Source of the DNA: Fidelibacterota bacterium
GTDB taxonomy: Bacteria > Fidelibacterota > Marinisomatia > Marinisomatales > TCS56
NCBI GenBank assembly: GCA_013203115.1
Contig: JABMQW010000206.1
Location: 1-58,953 of the forward strand
Direction of reading: 5' to 3'
Length of the DNA: 58,953 nt
Shown here: positions 34,440 through 44,715 of the stretch, piece by piece
Numbering within the stretch: the first letter of the stretch is position 1
Layout of the letters: every line of letters starts with the position of its first letter
Notes under the pieces: model-generated
Told to the model about the DNA's origin: nothing
Databases searched by the model: none
Seen by the model: only the letters and a program-made list of their open reading frames with translations
Program-made: the position numbers and the translations under genes

Positions 34440-35954
34440 ATGAAAAAGATCATACTGCTGTCACTATTTTTATTTCCTCTCTGTATATCTGCACAGGAAG
34501 TTCAGCCGAAAATCACCCTGGAAAAAATGCGTCTGCTGATTCTGCCCTCCACCGCAAGTGAGCGGTATGAGGAAATTGCCGACCGGGTCACGGCAATTGT
34601 GGCCACTGAGGCCACGCGACTGGGGCGCTTTGAGGTTATTGACCGCAATCACCTGGAAGCTATCATGGGTGAACAGGCTCTGCAATTGTCTGGTATAATC
34701 AATGATTCGGATGTGGTGGAAATTGGCAAAGTGGCCGCTGCACCGGAGGCTTTACTGGTAACGATATTGAATTTTGGTCAGAAAGGTGTACCCCCGGAAG
34801 ATGAGGAGGAAGAGGATAAAAAGGATCGCAAGAAAGCTCGGGAAGCAGGCTTGTTGGGAATAATCGCCAAAGGTGTCGTTGATGCAGTCATCGATAAAGA
34901 ACTGGAAAACGTTGAACGCTACCCCAATAATATTCAGACAACCCTGTCCTGCGAAGTCCGGAAAATCGATTTGGAAAGTGGTCAGTCTCTGGATGCTTTC
35001 AGCGTCTCTATTGAACACACCGGTGGTAATAAAACCGCCTCCTTGAATAAAGTATTGAATCAAGCTACCTGGCGAGTTTCCCAGGAATTGCGGGAATTAT
35101 ATTTGCTCAGCAGTCAGATCGTGGATGTGCGTGGCCGCGAGGTTATTCTTCTTTTGGGTCAAAACATGGGGCTGAAAAAAGGAACATTGTTTTCCATCAG
35201 TTCACCATCAACCAAACGGACAATTGGCGAGCGTGAAATAATTATACCAGGGCATCAGGTTGGAATCGTTGAAGTTACCGAGCTCAGCCAGGACGCTAAC
35301 CGGGGCCGCATCCTGCGGAAATGGGCGGTAATCGAGCCAGGCTTCCCCGCAGTAGAATCGACCGGTGGTATTCTGGCTGGCGGTCTGGGAATAAAATATG
35401 GAACCGGAAGTACTGATATGGGGTTGGAATTCGCCGGTTTTATAAATCCATTGCGAAGGTTAGGAGGATCAGTTTTCCTTGGTTTGGGAACGTTGAAAGA
35501 CAGCCGCGACGATACAGATTTTAATTTACGCTTTGGCGGTGATATCTATTTTCGTTTGATAAATACGATCCCATTTTCCCTGGCTGCCTCCCTTTCACTC
35601 CCATTCAATATTGTTTTCCGTCCTGACGATGGTGAAAAGATGGGTGAAAATGAACATACCGTCAACTCAATAATGTTCAGCCCGGTGGTAGGGGGCCGTT
35701 TTGAAATTATGCTTAATTCCAAAACGGATCTGGTGGCCACGGTCGGCTATTGTCTCACATCCCAGATGAGTAAATGGGATTATAGTGAAGAAGACAATGA
35801 TGGAGAAAGCCAGTCTCAACAGGCGATTTGGGAAAATAGTGACGCTCCGGATATCGATCCCACCGGACTCTATTTCAATATCGGTTTGCGCTTCCTGATT
35901 TTCAATGCCGGAATAGGGATGCCATCGTTTTCCGACCTACGGAATTTCAGGTAA
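34440..35954 (+). CDS. Secreted protein: CsgG/FlgO-like N-module, acidic linker, predicted C-terminal OM beta-barrel
   Basis: Signal peptide KKIILLSLFLFPLCISAQ. N-module: LLILPSTASERYEEIADRVTAIVATEATRLGRFEVIDRNHLEAIMGEQALQLSGIIND..IGKVAAAPEALLVTI. Linker: PPEDEEEEDKKDRKK. The C-terminal part has alternating hydrophobic strands (LRFGGDIYFRL, GGRFEIMLN, LYFNIGLRFLIF). Confidence 0.55.
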   Translation: MKKIILLSLFLFPLCISAQEVQPKITLEKMRLLILPSTASERYEEIADRVTAIVATEATRLGRFEVIDRNHLEAIMGEQALQLSGIINDSDVVEIGKVAAAPEALLVTILNFGQKGVPPEDEEEEDKKDRKKAREAGLLGIIAKGVVDAVIDKELENVERYPNNIQTTLSCEVRKIDLESGQSLDAFSVSIEHTGGNKTASLNKVLNQATWRVSQELRELYLLSSQIVDVRGREVILLLGQNMGLKKGTLFSISSPSTKRTIGEREIIIPGHQVGIVEVTELSQDANRGRILRKWAVIEPGFPAVESTGGILAGGLGIKYGTGSTDMGLEFAGFINPLRRLGGSVFLGLGTLKDSRDDTDFNLRFGGDIYFRLINTIPFSLAASLSLPFNIVFRPDDGEKMGENEHTVNSIMFSPVVGGRFEIMLNSKTDLVATVGYCLTSQMSKWDYSEEDNDGESQSQQAIWENSDAPDIDPTGLYFNIGLRFLIFNAGIGMPSFSDLRNFR

Positions 35955-35964
35955 AAAAATCCCC

Positions 35965-35985
35965 CTGAAGGGCACCCCCCTTCAG
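35965..35985 (-). terminator. Hairpin terminator between convergent genes (best fit for the minus-strand NPP gene)
   Basis: Stem ctgaaggg (35965-35972) / cccttcag (35978-35985). On the minus-strand transcript it is followed by ggggaTTTTTTT (plus-strand A7 at 35953-35959). On the plus strand it is followed by A-rich sequence, so it is weaker in that direction. Confidence 0.5.
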
Positions 35986-36025
35986 AAAAGGGAGATTGAC
36001 CGGATAGAAAAAAGATTGCGTTAAC

Positions 36026-37243
36026 TCAATCTTTCAGCCTGAAAATATCCCGCACGTTTTCCACATTTCCATCAATTTTCGCGAAAGGCTCAATACCCAG
36101 AATTTCCGCAATAATCGGATACACGTTCACATTTTCGAAAGTGTCCCGGGTGTAACCATCCTTGAAAGCGGATCCGTCAGCGATAAAGATAGCCTGCATG
36201 CTCCAGAGCGTATTATCATAACCATGGTTGCCACCCCGGAAATAGGACGCATTCGGTTTGGTATAATTTAAAATCGACCAGCCTTCTTCGGCTACCACCA
36301 GCAAGTCTTTGACCCGGTAATGATTACGGTAATGCCAGCGCTCGGGAATTTCATCTTTCCAGTAGATATCGATATGAGGCACTTTCTGCAATTTCTCATA
36401 TATCTGTTTCATCCGCTCTTTTGATCCACTATAGAGTGAGGAAAACGTACCCGTATTTTCCTGGGTTATACCTTTCAGACTGGTATAATCAGCCAGATCG
36501 ATAGTTCGCTCAGGCGACGTAGCGACCATTCCATGGTCACTAATAATGATTGTATTCAATTGATCATAAATATCAAGACCTTCCAGACCCTCCATCAAGG
36601 TTCCCAGCAGAGTATCCAGTTCCCGGATCACTGTTAGGGTTTCTTCCCCTTCAGGACCATAGCGGTGGCCAACGCCATCCGGTTCATGGAAATAGAGTAA
36701 AACCAGGTGTGGGCGGCGCTCTTCCGGCAGTTGGAACCAGGCCAGGACCGAATCCACCCGGGCTTCGAATGGGAAATCGTGTTCGTAGCGTTTCCATATC
36801 GATGGCTGGACTCCACCTATCGGTGCCTCTGAGCCAACCCAGAAATAAGAGGCGGTTTTGACGCCTTGATTCTCTGCCGTAACCCAGATCGGCTCACCAC
36901 CATACCAGCGCGCGTCCTCCACAGCACTACGGTCGCTGATTTGATAAATTGCATCAAACTTCGGATCATAAAAATAATTAGCAATCAGACCGTGGTTTTC
37001 AGCATACATGCCAGTGGCGAGAGCATAGTGGTTGGGAAACGTTTTCGTTGGATAAATAGATTGCAAACTTTTTGCCTTTACCCCCTGTTGTATCAAACGA
37101 TCAAGATTAGGTGTGTCGGTCCATTGCAAATAATCGGGGCGAAAACCATCAACTGAGACCAGTAAAACGTAAGGGCGATCTGCTTGGCCAAAAAGAATGA
37201 CAAACAACAAATACAGGAAAATTAAAGAACGAAATCTTCTCAT
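36026..37243 (-). CDS. Ectonucleotide pyrophosphatase/phosphodiesterase (type I NPP, alkaline-phosphatase superfamily)
   Basis: Motifs: LLVSVDGFRPDY, PTKTFPNHYALATGMYAENHG, YFHEPDGVGHRYGP, IIISDHGM. An N-terminal signal peptide is present. Confidence 0.9.
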   Translation of the reverse strand: MRRFRSLIFLYLLFVILFGQADRPYVLLVSVDGFRPDYLQWTDTPNLDRLIQQGVKAKSLQSIYPTKTFPNHYALATGMYAENHGLIANYFYDPKFDAIYQISDRSAVEDARWYGGEPIWVTAENQGVKTASYFWVGSEAPIGGVQPSIWKRYEHDFPFEARVDSVLAWFQLPEERRPHLVLLYFHEPDGVGHRYGPEGEETLTVIRELDTLLGTLMEGLEGLDIYDQLNTIIISDHGMVATSPERTIDLADYTSLKGITQENTGTFSSLYSGSKERMKQIYEKLQKVPHIDIYWKDEIPERWHYRNHYRVKDLLVVAEEGWSILNYTKPNASYFRGGNHGYDNTLWSMQAIFIADGSAFKDGYTRDTFENVNVYPIIAEILGIEPFAKIDGNVENVRDIFRLKD

Positions 37244-37291
37244 ATGATTATCCTTAAATTAGATTATTAAAGTTCATCAGAATTTAAGTCA

Positions 37292-37927
37292 GTGACAAGT
37301 GTAAATCTAACCGAAGCCCGTCGCCTTATGGTAACCTCCCAGATTCGCCGCCGTGGTGTAAAAGATGAACGAGTGCTGGCAGCCATGGAGGCCGTACCAA
37401 GACATAAATTCATTACCAGTAAGCAGAAATTGTATGCCTACGAAGACAGTCCCCTGCCGATCGGCCATAAACAGACCATCAGCCAGCCTTATATAGTGGC
37501 TTATATGACCGAACAGTTGATGATCGAACCTGAGCATAACGTCCTGGAGATCGGTACCGGTTGTGGCTATCAAACCGCCATTCTTTCGGAACTGGCTCGA
37601 TCAGTAACATCGGTAGAAATTGTCTCCGAACTGGCCCGAGACGCTTCCGCCTGTCTGAAAAAATTGGGCTATAATAATATAAGCGTACACCACGGGGACG
37701 GACGGCTGGGGTGGCCGGATGACGCCCCTTACAACCGGATAATCGTTACTGCCGCACCAAACCGGGTACCTAAGGCACTGATTGAACAACTGGACCAGAA
37801 TGGTCGGATGATAGTACCGGTCGGTTACACCAGGTTTAGTCAGAAGCTGGAAATAGTTGTGAAAGACCGATACAACACGGTGGAATACATACCCTCCCTG
37901 GCGGTACGTTTCGTTCCCTTGATCTGA
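37292..37927 (+). CDS. pcm: Protein-L-isoaspartate O-methyltransferase
   Basis: Motifs: VLAAMEAVPRHKF, QTISQPYIVAYMTE, VLEIGTGCGYQTAIL, RIIVTAA. GTG start at 37292 (alternative ATG at 37328). Confidence 0.92.
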   Translation: MTSVNLTEARRLMVTSQIRRRGVKDERVLAAMEAVPRHKFITSKQKLYAYEDSPLPIGHKQTISQPYIVAYMTEQLMIEPEHNVLEIGTGCGYQTAILSELARSVTSVEIVSELARDASACLKKLGYNNISVHHGDGRLGWPDDAPYNRIIVTAAPNRVPKALIEQLDQNGRMIVPVGYTRFSQKLEIVVKDRYNTVEYIPSLAVRFVPLI

Positions 37928-37958
37928 CAATTAACAGAATTATTAATTAGGGAATAGT

Positions 37959-39245
37959 ATGAGAAGAATAATCATTTTAGGGTTGTCAGTACTTGTGTTG
38001 CTGCTGGCCTGTACGACTCAGACCAAAGAGACCGAAAGCCCACAAATTCTCAATCAGAAAGCCAATACTGCTTATCAGAATCAGGACTATAGCGCCTGGC
38101 TGTGGTACATGAAAAGATTATACGCCATATCGCCCTACTCGCCTTTCACAACCTATAATCTGGCCTGTGCTTATTCATTGAACGGCTTTCCTGCCAAAGC
38201 GCTTGAGGCATTGGAAAAAAGCATCAGCATGGGGATTGGTGTTAACGCCGACCGGGACCCGGACTTTGGCTCATTGAAAGAATTGACGGAATTCCAGGAG
38301 CTGATGACCCGCGCCGAGGCCTTGAATCAACCTGTCAGCAATAGTACTGAGGCTTTCACCGTTAATGAATTGGATCTGATACCCGAAGGGATTACCTACA
38401 ATCCTATTGATGGTACCTTCTTTATTGGCAGTCTGTATAAATCTAAAATAATAAAGGTCGACATAAATGGACAGGCCAGCGATTTCACCGCAGAGAGGCA
38501 GGATGGCTTGCGCCCGGTGACCGGAATGAAAATCAACCCTGATCGCACAGAGTTATGGGCTTGCAGTCAGGTCAGTTCACCAGGTAATCGCAACCATGAT
38601 CCGAGCGAAATGGGTTGGTCGGGAATATTCAAATACGATTTGAATACCGGCAAACTGATTAAAAAATACACCTTATTCGAAGAAGAATTGCCCCACCTGT
38701 TTAATGATCTGGTTATTCTGAAAAACGGAGATGTTTATTTCACTGATTCCACCACCGGCAGCATCTATCGAATCCGGAAAATTCAGGATAAAATTGAGCT
38801 CTTTCTACGTTCCGGTGAGTTCACCTATCCCAACGGCATTGCCCTGAGTCCCGACCAGAAAAATCTGTATATGGCTGGTACGTTGCAGGGCGTGGTGCTG
38901 GTGAACATCCAAGATGGAACTTACAAGCCATTGGAACACCCGGATGGCGTTACTACTGTCGGCATCGACGGATTATATCACTACAAAAACTCGCTAATCG
39001 CAGTACAGAATGGTCTGGGACGCATTAGCCGATTTTACCTGAATCAGGCCGGCGATAAAATTTTGCATTCTGAGTTGATCGAATTCGCCAATCCCGTTTT
39101 CAATATACCCACAACCGGCACAATTGTTGGTAATACTTTCTACTATCTGGCCAATAGCCAACTACGCTCGTTCGAGGCCGATGGCACCATTTTCCCGCCC
39201 GAACGGCTGGCCAATGTGGTAGTATTAAAAACCGAATTGCAGTAA
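37959..39245 (+). CDS. Lipoprotein with an N-terminal TPR-like region and an SMP-30/gluconolactonase/strictosidine-synthase-like beta-propeller
   Basis: Lipobox LLLACTTQ. TPR-like helices. Propeller-like repeats: PEGITYNPIDGTFFIGSLY, GDVYFTDSTTGSIYRI, PNGIALSPDQKNLYMA. The fold call is by motif resemblance only. Confidence 0.55.
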   Translation: MRRIIILGLSVLVLLLACTTQTKETESPQILNQKANTAYQNQDYSAWLWYMKRLYAISPYSPFTTYNLACAYSLNGFPAKALEALEKSISMGIGVNADRDPDFGSLKELTEFQELMTRAEALNQPVSNSTEAFTVNELDLIPEGITYNPIDGTFFIGSLYKSKIIKVDINGQASDFTAERQDGLRPVTGMKINPDRTELWACSQVSSPGNRNHDPSEMGWSGIFKYDLNTGKLIKKYTLFEEELPHLFNDLVILKNGDVYFTDSTTGSIYRIRKIQDKIELFLRSGEFTYPNGIALSPDQKNLYMAGTLQGVVLVNIQDGTYKPLEHPDGVTTVGIDGLYHYKNSLIAVQNGLGRISRFYLNQAGDKILHSELIEFANPVFNIPTTGTIVGNTFYYLANSQLRSFEADGTIFPPERLANVVVLKTELQ

Positions 39246-39276
39246 AGTTTCAGTAAGATTGAAATTACCCGAGAAA

Positions 39277-39996
39277 CTAGTTTACCGGTTTTTCAGCAGT
39301 AATTAATGTAACAACACCGAAAGTCAGGTCGTTGATTTTGATATCACTAAAACCGGCATCCGCGATCAATTTGCGCAAGGTGGACCGATCCGGGAAATTA
39401 TCAACTGATTCGGATAGGTAATGGTAAGCCTTTGAACCGGAAATGACGGCACCAACTAAAGGCAAAATGCGGTGGAAGTAGAAACTGTAAAGCGGTCCAA
39501 AAACTCGTGATTCAGGCCGGTTAAATTCCAGAATCAGCAGCCGGCCGCCGGGCTGGAGAACCCGAAAAAATTCCTGTAGCGCTTCGTTATAATTACCGAT
39601 ATTTCGCAAACCGAAGGCAATTGTGAGGGCGCTGAATTTATCCGTTTCGAATGGCGTTTGTTCAGCATCAGCAATCATAGTTTCGAAATAGATTCCCCGT
39701 TTCACCATTTTGCGGTGGGCCTGCTCCAACATGGCCGGGGTGTTATCGAGACCGGTTAATTTAAGCTCGGGAAAACGCTTCAGAATTGCAAATGCCAGAT
39801 CGCCGGTACTGGTTGCCGCATCCAGCAACGATCCGCTAAAATCCTCCGGTAAACTATATACTAACTGCCGCCGCCACCAGTGGTCTATCCCTAAACTCAG
39901 AAAATGATTTAAGAAATCATAGCGCTGGGCGATGGCATTGAATAAGACCTGGTTTTGGCGCCGTTTTTCTTCACCCCGATGGATGAATTCAGTCAA
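39277..39996 (-). CDS. ubiE: Demethylmenaquinone/ubiquinone C-methyltransferase (UbiE/MenG)
   Basis: Family hallmark VLFNAIAQRYDFLNHFLSLGIDHWWRR. SAM motif LLDAATSTGDLA. Also FGLRNIGNY and GGRLLILEF. TTG start immediately after an in-frame stop. Confidence 0.9.
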   Translation of the reverse strand: MTEFIHRGEEKRRQNQVLFNAIAQRYDFLNHFLSLGIDHWWRRQLVYSLPEDFSGSLLDAATSTGDLAFAILKRFPELKLTGLDNTPAMLEQAHRKMVKRGIYFETMIADAEQTPFETDKFSALTIAFGLRNIGNYNEALQEFFRVLQPGGRLLILEFNRPESRVFGPLYSFYFHRILPLVGAVISGSKAYHYLSESVDNFPDRSTLRKLIADAGFSDIKINDLTFGVVTLITAEKPVN

Positions 39997-40615
39997 GGCC
40001 TACCAAACCCAGCAGTTTCAATTCAATTTCCAGCTCTTCCGGGGTAGTAAAATGGATGGTCGTAATACCCATCTTCCGGGCCTGATCCACATTGACCTGC
40101 ATATCATCGATAAACAGGCTTTCTTCCGGTGTCACGCCAGCCCGTTCCAGCGCAAGATTGAAAATTTCCGGCTCCGGTTTACGGCAACCTTCAAGATAAG
40201 AATAGATTTTCCCATGAACCTTTTCAAAAAATAGAAACTGCGGTGTCAACGTTCGGATGTGATAATCATTGGTATTGGACAACAGCCAGATTTGATAGTG
40301 TGGTAAAAGTTTTTCAAGTATGCCAACGGTGGGCAATTCCTCTCCCACGAGCAAATCCCAGGCCCGGGTAAAATCGGCATCGGAAATATCATTACAACCC
40401 AAGGTTTTACGCCAGTGATTAAAAAAACTGGTTTCATCCATTCGACCCCGTTCAAATTCAAAATATACTTCCAGTGGAAATGATTTTCCCACCTGATCCC
40501 GATTCAGATTACATTTTTCAGCCAAATAATCAACCGTTGCTTCCAACTGCAAATCAAACAATACACCGCCTATATCAAAAAAAACTGTTGTGATTTTGCC
40601 CATCATTTTCCACAA
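39989..40615 (-). CDS. HAD-IA family hydrolase
   Basis: Motif I VFFDIGGVL, motif II LLSNTN, motif IV LFIDDMQVNV. It overlaps ubiE by 8 nt and the upstream methyltransferase by 13 nt. Confidence 0.8.
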   Translation of the reverse strand: MWKMMGKITTVFFDIGGVLFDLQLEATVDYLAEKCNLNRDQVGKSFPLEVYFEFERGRMDETSFFNHWRKTLGCNDISDADFTRAWDLLVGEELPTVGILEKLLPHYQIWLLSNTNDYHIRTLTPQFLFFEKVHGKIYSYLEGCRKPEPEIFNLALERAGVTPEESLFIDDMQVNVDQARKMGITTIHFTTPEELEIELKLLGLVGLD

Positions 40616-41352
40616 ATATAAATCTGTAATTCACTTTCCGGGGTCAGTGGGTTTCCTTTCCGATCCCCAAATTTTTCAAGGATTTTTAAACCGGAATCAT
40701 TCAACAGTCTGTCCATGGTATCGGGATAGTAAATGCGCATATCAAAACGATAGCGATCCGGACTGATCCGCAAGGGTCTGAAAAAATACCATTCCACATG
40801 ATTGATCTCCGTGGCAGGATCGTAATCATTGCTTTCCTTAATCGTACAGTATCCCCCCACCGGATGCTGGAAGCTGGACACATCGTACAGGCGATCCTGC
40901 GGCCGGTTTAGAAACCAGGGATCGGGAACGAAAATTTCCACCAGGAAACGGCCATTATCAGCCAGGTGCTTCCGGACACTCAGTAAGCAGTCCCTGGCAT
41001 CATCATCGGTGTAAAGGTGGAGAAATGAATTAAAGCCGATGAAAATCGCTTTGAATTTTCGGTCAAGATTGAACGTGCGCATATCAGCCTGAATAATTCG
41101 GGCGCGGTCACCAAAGCGCTCCAATTTTTGCGCTGCAAACAGGGCGAATTCAGGACTCAATTCCAGGCCGGTATAATCCAGTCCGCGACTTAAAACCGGT
41201 AGCGCCAGCCGACCGGTTCCAGCAGCCAACTCCAGCACCGGACTACCGTTTTCAGCAACCCAATTGCCAATAAAATCCTGGTCGTTATTTTTCCACCAAT
41301 GCAGGGCATCATATAATTCGGGTGCAGCGTAGATATCACGTATTTCAGGCAT
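40603..41352 (-). CDS. Class I SAM-dependent methyltransferase
   Basis: SAM-binding motif VLELAAGTGRLALPV, followed by GLELSPEF, ADMRTF and NSFLHL. Confidence 0.75.
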   Translation of the reverse strand: MPEIRDIYAAPELYDALHWWKNNDQDFIGNWVAENGSPVLELAAGTGRLALPVLSRGLDYTGLELSPEFALFAAQKLERFGDRARIIQADMRTFNLDRKFKAIFIGFNSFLHLYTDDDARDCLLSVRKHLADNGRFLVEIFVPDPWFLNRPQDRLYDVSSFQHPVGGYCTIKESNDYDPATEINHVEWYFFRPLRISPDRYRFDMRIYYPDTMDRLLNDSGLKILEKFGDRKGNPLTPESELQIYICGK

Positions 41353-41380
41353 AAAATTAGCAGTTGAGAACGGGATTTGA

Positions 41381-42463
41381 TTATTTCAGAATCAATAAAT
41401 CCTTGGTAGTTTTATTTAGAATTTCACAACCATCTTTTTTAACCACTACGTCATCTTCAATCCGCACACCGTTCCAGCCAGGTAGATAAATACCAGGTTC
41501 AACGGTCACAACATAATTTTCCAGCAGGGTATCCTCGCTGATCTGGTTCATACGCGGCATGGTGTGCACTTCCAGGCCCAAGCCGTGGCCAGTGCCATGG
41601 ACAAAATACTTATCATAACCTTTAGCAGTTATAACACCGCGGGTGGCATCGTCCGGAATTTTGCAGTGAACACCTGCTTTGATGGCAGCACAACCGGCCT
41701 GCTGGGCTTCTTTGACGATTGCGTAAATCTCGCGATGCTTGTCGGTCGCCTCGCCGATCAGAACCGTGCGGGTCATATCGGCACAGTAGCCGGCGAACAG
41801 GGCGCCGGTATCCACGACAACAAAATCGCTGCTTTGGAAAGGCCGATCGGTTGGTGTCGCATGGGGCAGAGCGCTGTTGGGACCCCCGGCAATGATCGTA
41901 TCGAAGCCTTCACCGTCGCCGTAATCATAATATTTATTCCGGATCGTATTGGCCACTATTTTCTCGGTTACGCCAATTTTCAACAATGGCAAAATTTCCT
42001 CAAAGACCCGGTCAGTAATTGCCACTGCTTTTCGAATCAGCTCCAGTTCTGACTCATCCTTAACGGCAGCGATTTCTTCCACGATTCTGGTAGTCGGTTC
42101 CCAATCCACGGTAGGAAAGAAATCATCCATGTCGCCAAACAGGTTAATACTGACAAAATCACCTTCAAAGGCCAGATTCAAACCTTGGGGAATCAGGTTC
42201 ATTTTCTGTAAGGTTTTAAGATGGGGATCATTATCAATAATCCGTTCAAAACCTTTGACCTGGTGTTTAGATTGTTCCAGATAACGGCCATCTGAAATAA
42301 AATATTGCTTGTCTGGTAGAACTAACAACGAACCAGCCGAACCGGTAAAACCGGATAAATACCTTACGTTGGTAAGATTGGTAACCAGCATACCATCCAG
42401 ATCCTGTTCGGCGAGAACGGACTTCAGTCTGATCTGGCGTTTAATAAAATTCGTATCAGTCAT
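41381..42463 (-). CDS. Xaa-Pro aminopeptidase / M24-family metallopeptidase
   Basis: Creatinase-like N-domain plus M24 metal ligand contexts VVDTGALFAGYCADMTRT, HGTGHGLGLEVHTMP and VEPGIYLPGWNGVRIEDDV. Confidence 0.9.
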   Translation of the reverse strand: MTDTNFIKRQIRLKSVLAEQDLDGMLVTNLTNVRYLSGFTGSAGSLLVLPDKQYFISDGRYLEQSKHQVKGFERIIDNDPHLKTLQKMNLIPQGLNLAFEGDFVSINLFGDMDDFFPTVDWEPTTRIVEEIAAVKDESELELIRKAVAITDRVFEEILPLLKIGVTEKIVANTIRNKYYDYGDGEGFDTIIAGGPNSALPHATPTDRPFQSSDFVVVDTGALFAGYCADMTRTVLIGEATDKHREIYAIVKEAQQAGCAAIKAGVHCKIPDDATRGVITAKGYDKYFVHGTGHGLGLEVHTMPRMNQISEDTLLENYVVTVEPGIYLPGWNGVRIEDDVVVKKDGCEILNKTTKDLLILK

Positions 42464-42491
42464 TTACTGCTCCTGAAAATTCCTGGTATAT

Positions 42492-43136
42492 TTAATCTGA
42501 TAAAGTTTGAATCAGGTGATTGATTGCTTCCCGCTCCATATTGATCCGTTCGGGATCACTGCCTTTTTTTCCCAGTACATCAAGCACCTCCAGAGCCTGG
42601 TGATACAATCCCTGGTCTTTCAGAACTGCCACCAGAGTGAACGTAGCCATCCGTGATTTCATACCACCGGAGCCAACCGGGGGAGTAGATTCGGGTTTCT
42701 CCAACGGTCTTTCCGGCTCAGGTATTTTACCCCCCAGCCGCTTTAAAAATACTTTGGCCTGGTCATTATCTGGATCAAGCGTCAGCAGATGCTCCCAACC
42801 CCGGCGCAGGATATGCGGTGGCCGATTCAAACGTTCCTGTACTGCCACTAATAAATGAGCAGCCTGAATATGTTTATGATCCAGAACCAACAGGACCTGC
42901 AAGAGTTTTTCCGCTCCTTCCAGATCCTTCTCGCCCATGCAGATCTGGGCTAGCAGGAACAGGCCTTCAATATGATTGGGGTGATAACTCAGACCGATCT
43001 CGCACACCTTCCGAGCCTGTACAAAATTGCCTACTTCAATATAGGCATCGACAAGTTGGGTAAATACATCACTGGAAAAATTATCGGCAAACTGTTGTTC
43101 CAGTCGAGTTTTGTCATCCTGATTAACCATTATCAT
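42492..43136 (-). CDS. TPR-repeat protein
   Basis: 214 aa. TPR-like helical hairpins (AYIEVGNFVQARKVCEIGLSYHPNH, GLFLLAQICMGEKDLEGAEKLLQ). No catalytic motif. Confidence 0.55.
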   Translation of the reverse strand: MIMVNQDDKTRLEQQFADNFSSDVFTQLVDAYIEVGNFVQARKVCEIGLSYHPNHIEGLFLLAQICMGEKDLEGAEKLLQVLLVLDHKHIQAAHLLVAVQERLNRPPHILRRGWEHLLTLDPDNDQAKVFLKRLGGKIPEPERPLEKPESTPPVGSGGMKSRMATFTLVAVLKDQGLYHQALEVLDVLGKKGSDPERINMEREAINHLIQTLSD

Positions 43137-43170
43137 TCAACCTCAATTCTCTGAACATAATTTATTTGAT

Positions 43171-44715
43171 TTAAAGCGGTATATTACCATGTTTCTTGCG
43201 CGGATTGTGATCAACCTTGTTTTCCAGCATCCGGAGGGATTGGATGATCTTCTGACGCGTTAGGCGCGGTTCGATAATATCATCCACGTAGCCCCATTCC
43301 GCCGCCACATAGGGATTGGCGAATTTATTCCGGTATTCTTCAACCAGTTTCCGTTCTTCGGCTGCCTTATCCTCCGCCGCAGCAATTTCCTTGCGATAAA
43401 TAATTTCCACCGCGCCTTTTGAGCCCATCACGGCAATTTCTGCCGAAGGCCAGGCCAGACTGACATCGCCGCGAATATGCTTGGAACTCATCACGTCATA
43501 AGCACCACCATAAGCTTTACGGGTAATTATGGTGATCTTGGGGACGGTGGCTTCACAATAGGCATAGAGCAGTTTAGCGCCATTCTTGATTATTCCACCC
43601 CATTCCTGGTCGGTACCAGGCAGAAAACCGGGCACGTCCTCGAAAGTTATAATGGGAATATTGAAGGCATCGCAGAAGCGCACGAAACGAGCAGCCTTCA
43701 TTGATGAATCATTGTCTAAAGCTCCCGCCAGATTGGCCGGGTGATTGGCTACGATTCCTGCTGAATAACCACCTATTCGGGCAAAACCCACCACAATATT
43801 ACGAGCATAATGCTCATGTACTTCCAGAAATTCGCCTTCATCAACCACTGCTTTGATAACGGCGTGCATATCATAAGCTTTGTTGGGACTTGCCGGAATA
43901 ATACTATCCAGTTCCGGGGATTCCCGGTCAATGGGATCGGTTGGCTCTACGAAAGGCGGATCTTCCTGGTTATTAGCCGGGAAATAACTGAGTAACTTTT
44001 TGGTGATCTCTAGAGAATCAACTTCATTTTCACCGGCGAAGTGGGCCACCCCCGATTTGGCGGCATGGGTCATGGCGCCACCCAACTCTTCAAATGTCAC
44101 CTCCTCGTGCGTTACCGTTTTAACCACGTTAGGGCCGGTAACAAACATATGGCTGGTGCCCTGAGTCATGATCGTAAAATCAGTAATGGCCGGGGAATAG
44201 ACCGCCCCACCGGCACAGGGTCCCAGAATAACCGATATCTGGGGTACCACTCCGGAATAGAGGGTGTTACGTAAAAATATGTCGGCATAGGCACCCAGAC
44301 TAACTACACCTTCCTGGATGCGGGCACCACCGGAATCATTCAGACCGATCACCGGTGCCCCGACCTTACCGGCATGGTCCATGATCTTACATATCTTTTC
44401 GGCATGTGACTTTCCCAGGGCACCACCAAAAACAGTAAAATCCTGGCTGAAAATAAATACCCGGCGGCCATTGACTGTACCATAGCCGGTGACTACTCCA
44501 TCACCCAGAAATTTCTTTTCGGCCAGCCCGAATTCAGTGACCTGATGCTGGACAAACATATCCATTTCCACAAACGAACCCTTATCGAGGAACAGGTCGA
44601 TTCGCTCACGGGCAGTCAGCTTACCTTTGTCATGTTGCGTGTCGATCCGCGCCTGTCCACCACCCAAACGGGCTTGTGCCCGGCGCTGTTCCAGTTCACT
44701 GAGATGATCGGTCAT
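43171..44715 (-). CDS. Acyl-CoA carboxyltransferase (methylmalonyl-CoA carboxyltransferase / propionyl-CoA carboxylase beta-subunit family)
   Basis: Motifs: [55 protein letters not shown]. The ATG at 44715 overlaps the upstream stop (ATGA). The track start at 44736 would overlap by 25 nt. Confidence 0.92.
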   Translation of the reverse strand: MTDHLSELEQRRAQARLGGGQARIDTQHDKGKLTARERIDLFLDKGSFVEMDMFVQHQVTEFGLAEKKFLGDGVVTGYGTVNGRRVFIFSQDFTVFGGALGKSHAEKICKIMDHAGKVGAPVIGLNDSGGARIQEGVVSLGAYADIFLRNTLYSGVVPQISVILGPCAGGAVYSPAITDFTIMTQGTSHMFVTGPNVVKTVTHEEVTFEELGGAMTHAAKSGVAHFAGENEVDSLEITKKLLSYFPANNQEDPPFVEPTDPIDRESPELDSIIPASPNKAYDMHAVIKAVVDEGEFLEVHEHYARNIVVGFARIGGYSAGIVANHPANLAGALDNDSSMKAARFVRFCDAFNIPIITFEDVPGFLPGTDQEWGGIIKNGAKLLYAYCEATVPKITIITRKAYGGAYDVMSSKHIRGDVSLAWPSAEIAVMGSKGAVEIIYRKEIAAAEDKAAEERKLVEEYRNKFANPYVAAEWGYVDDIIEPRLTRQKIIQSLRMLENKVDHNPRKKHGNIPL

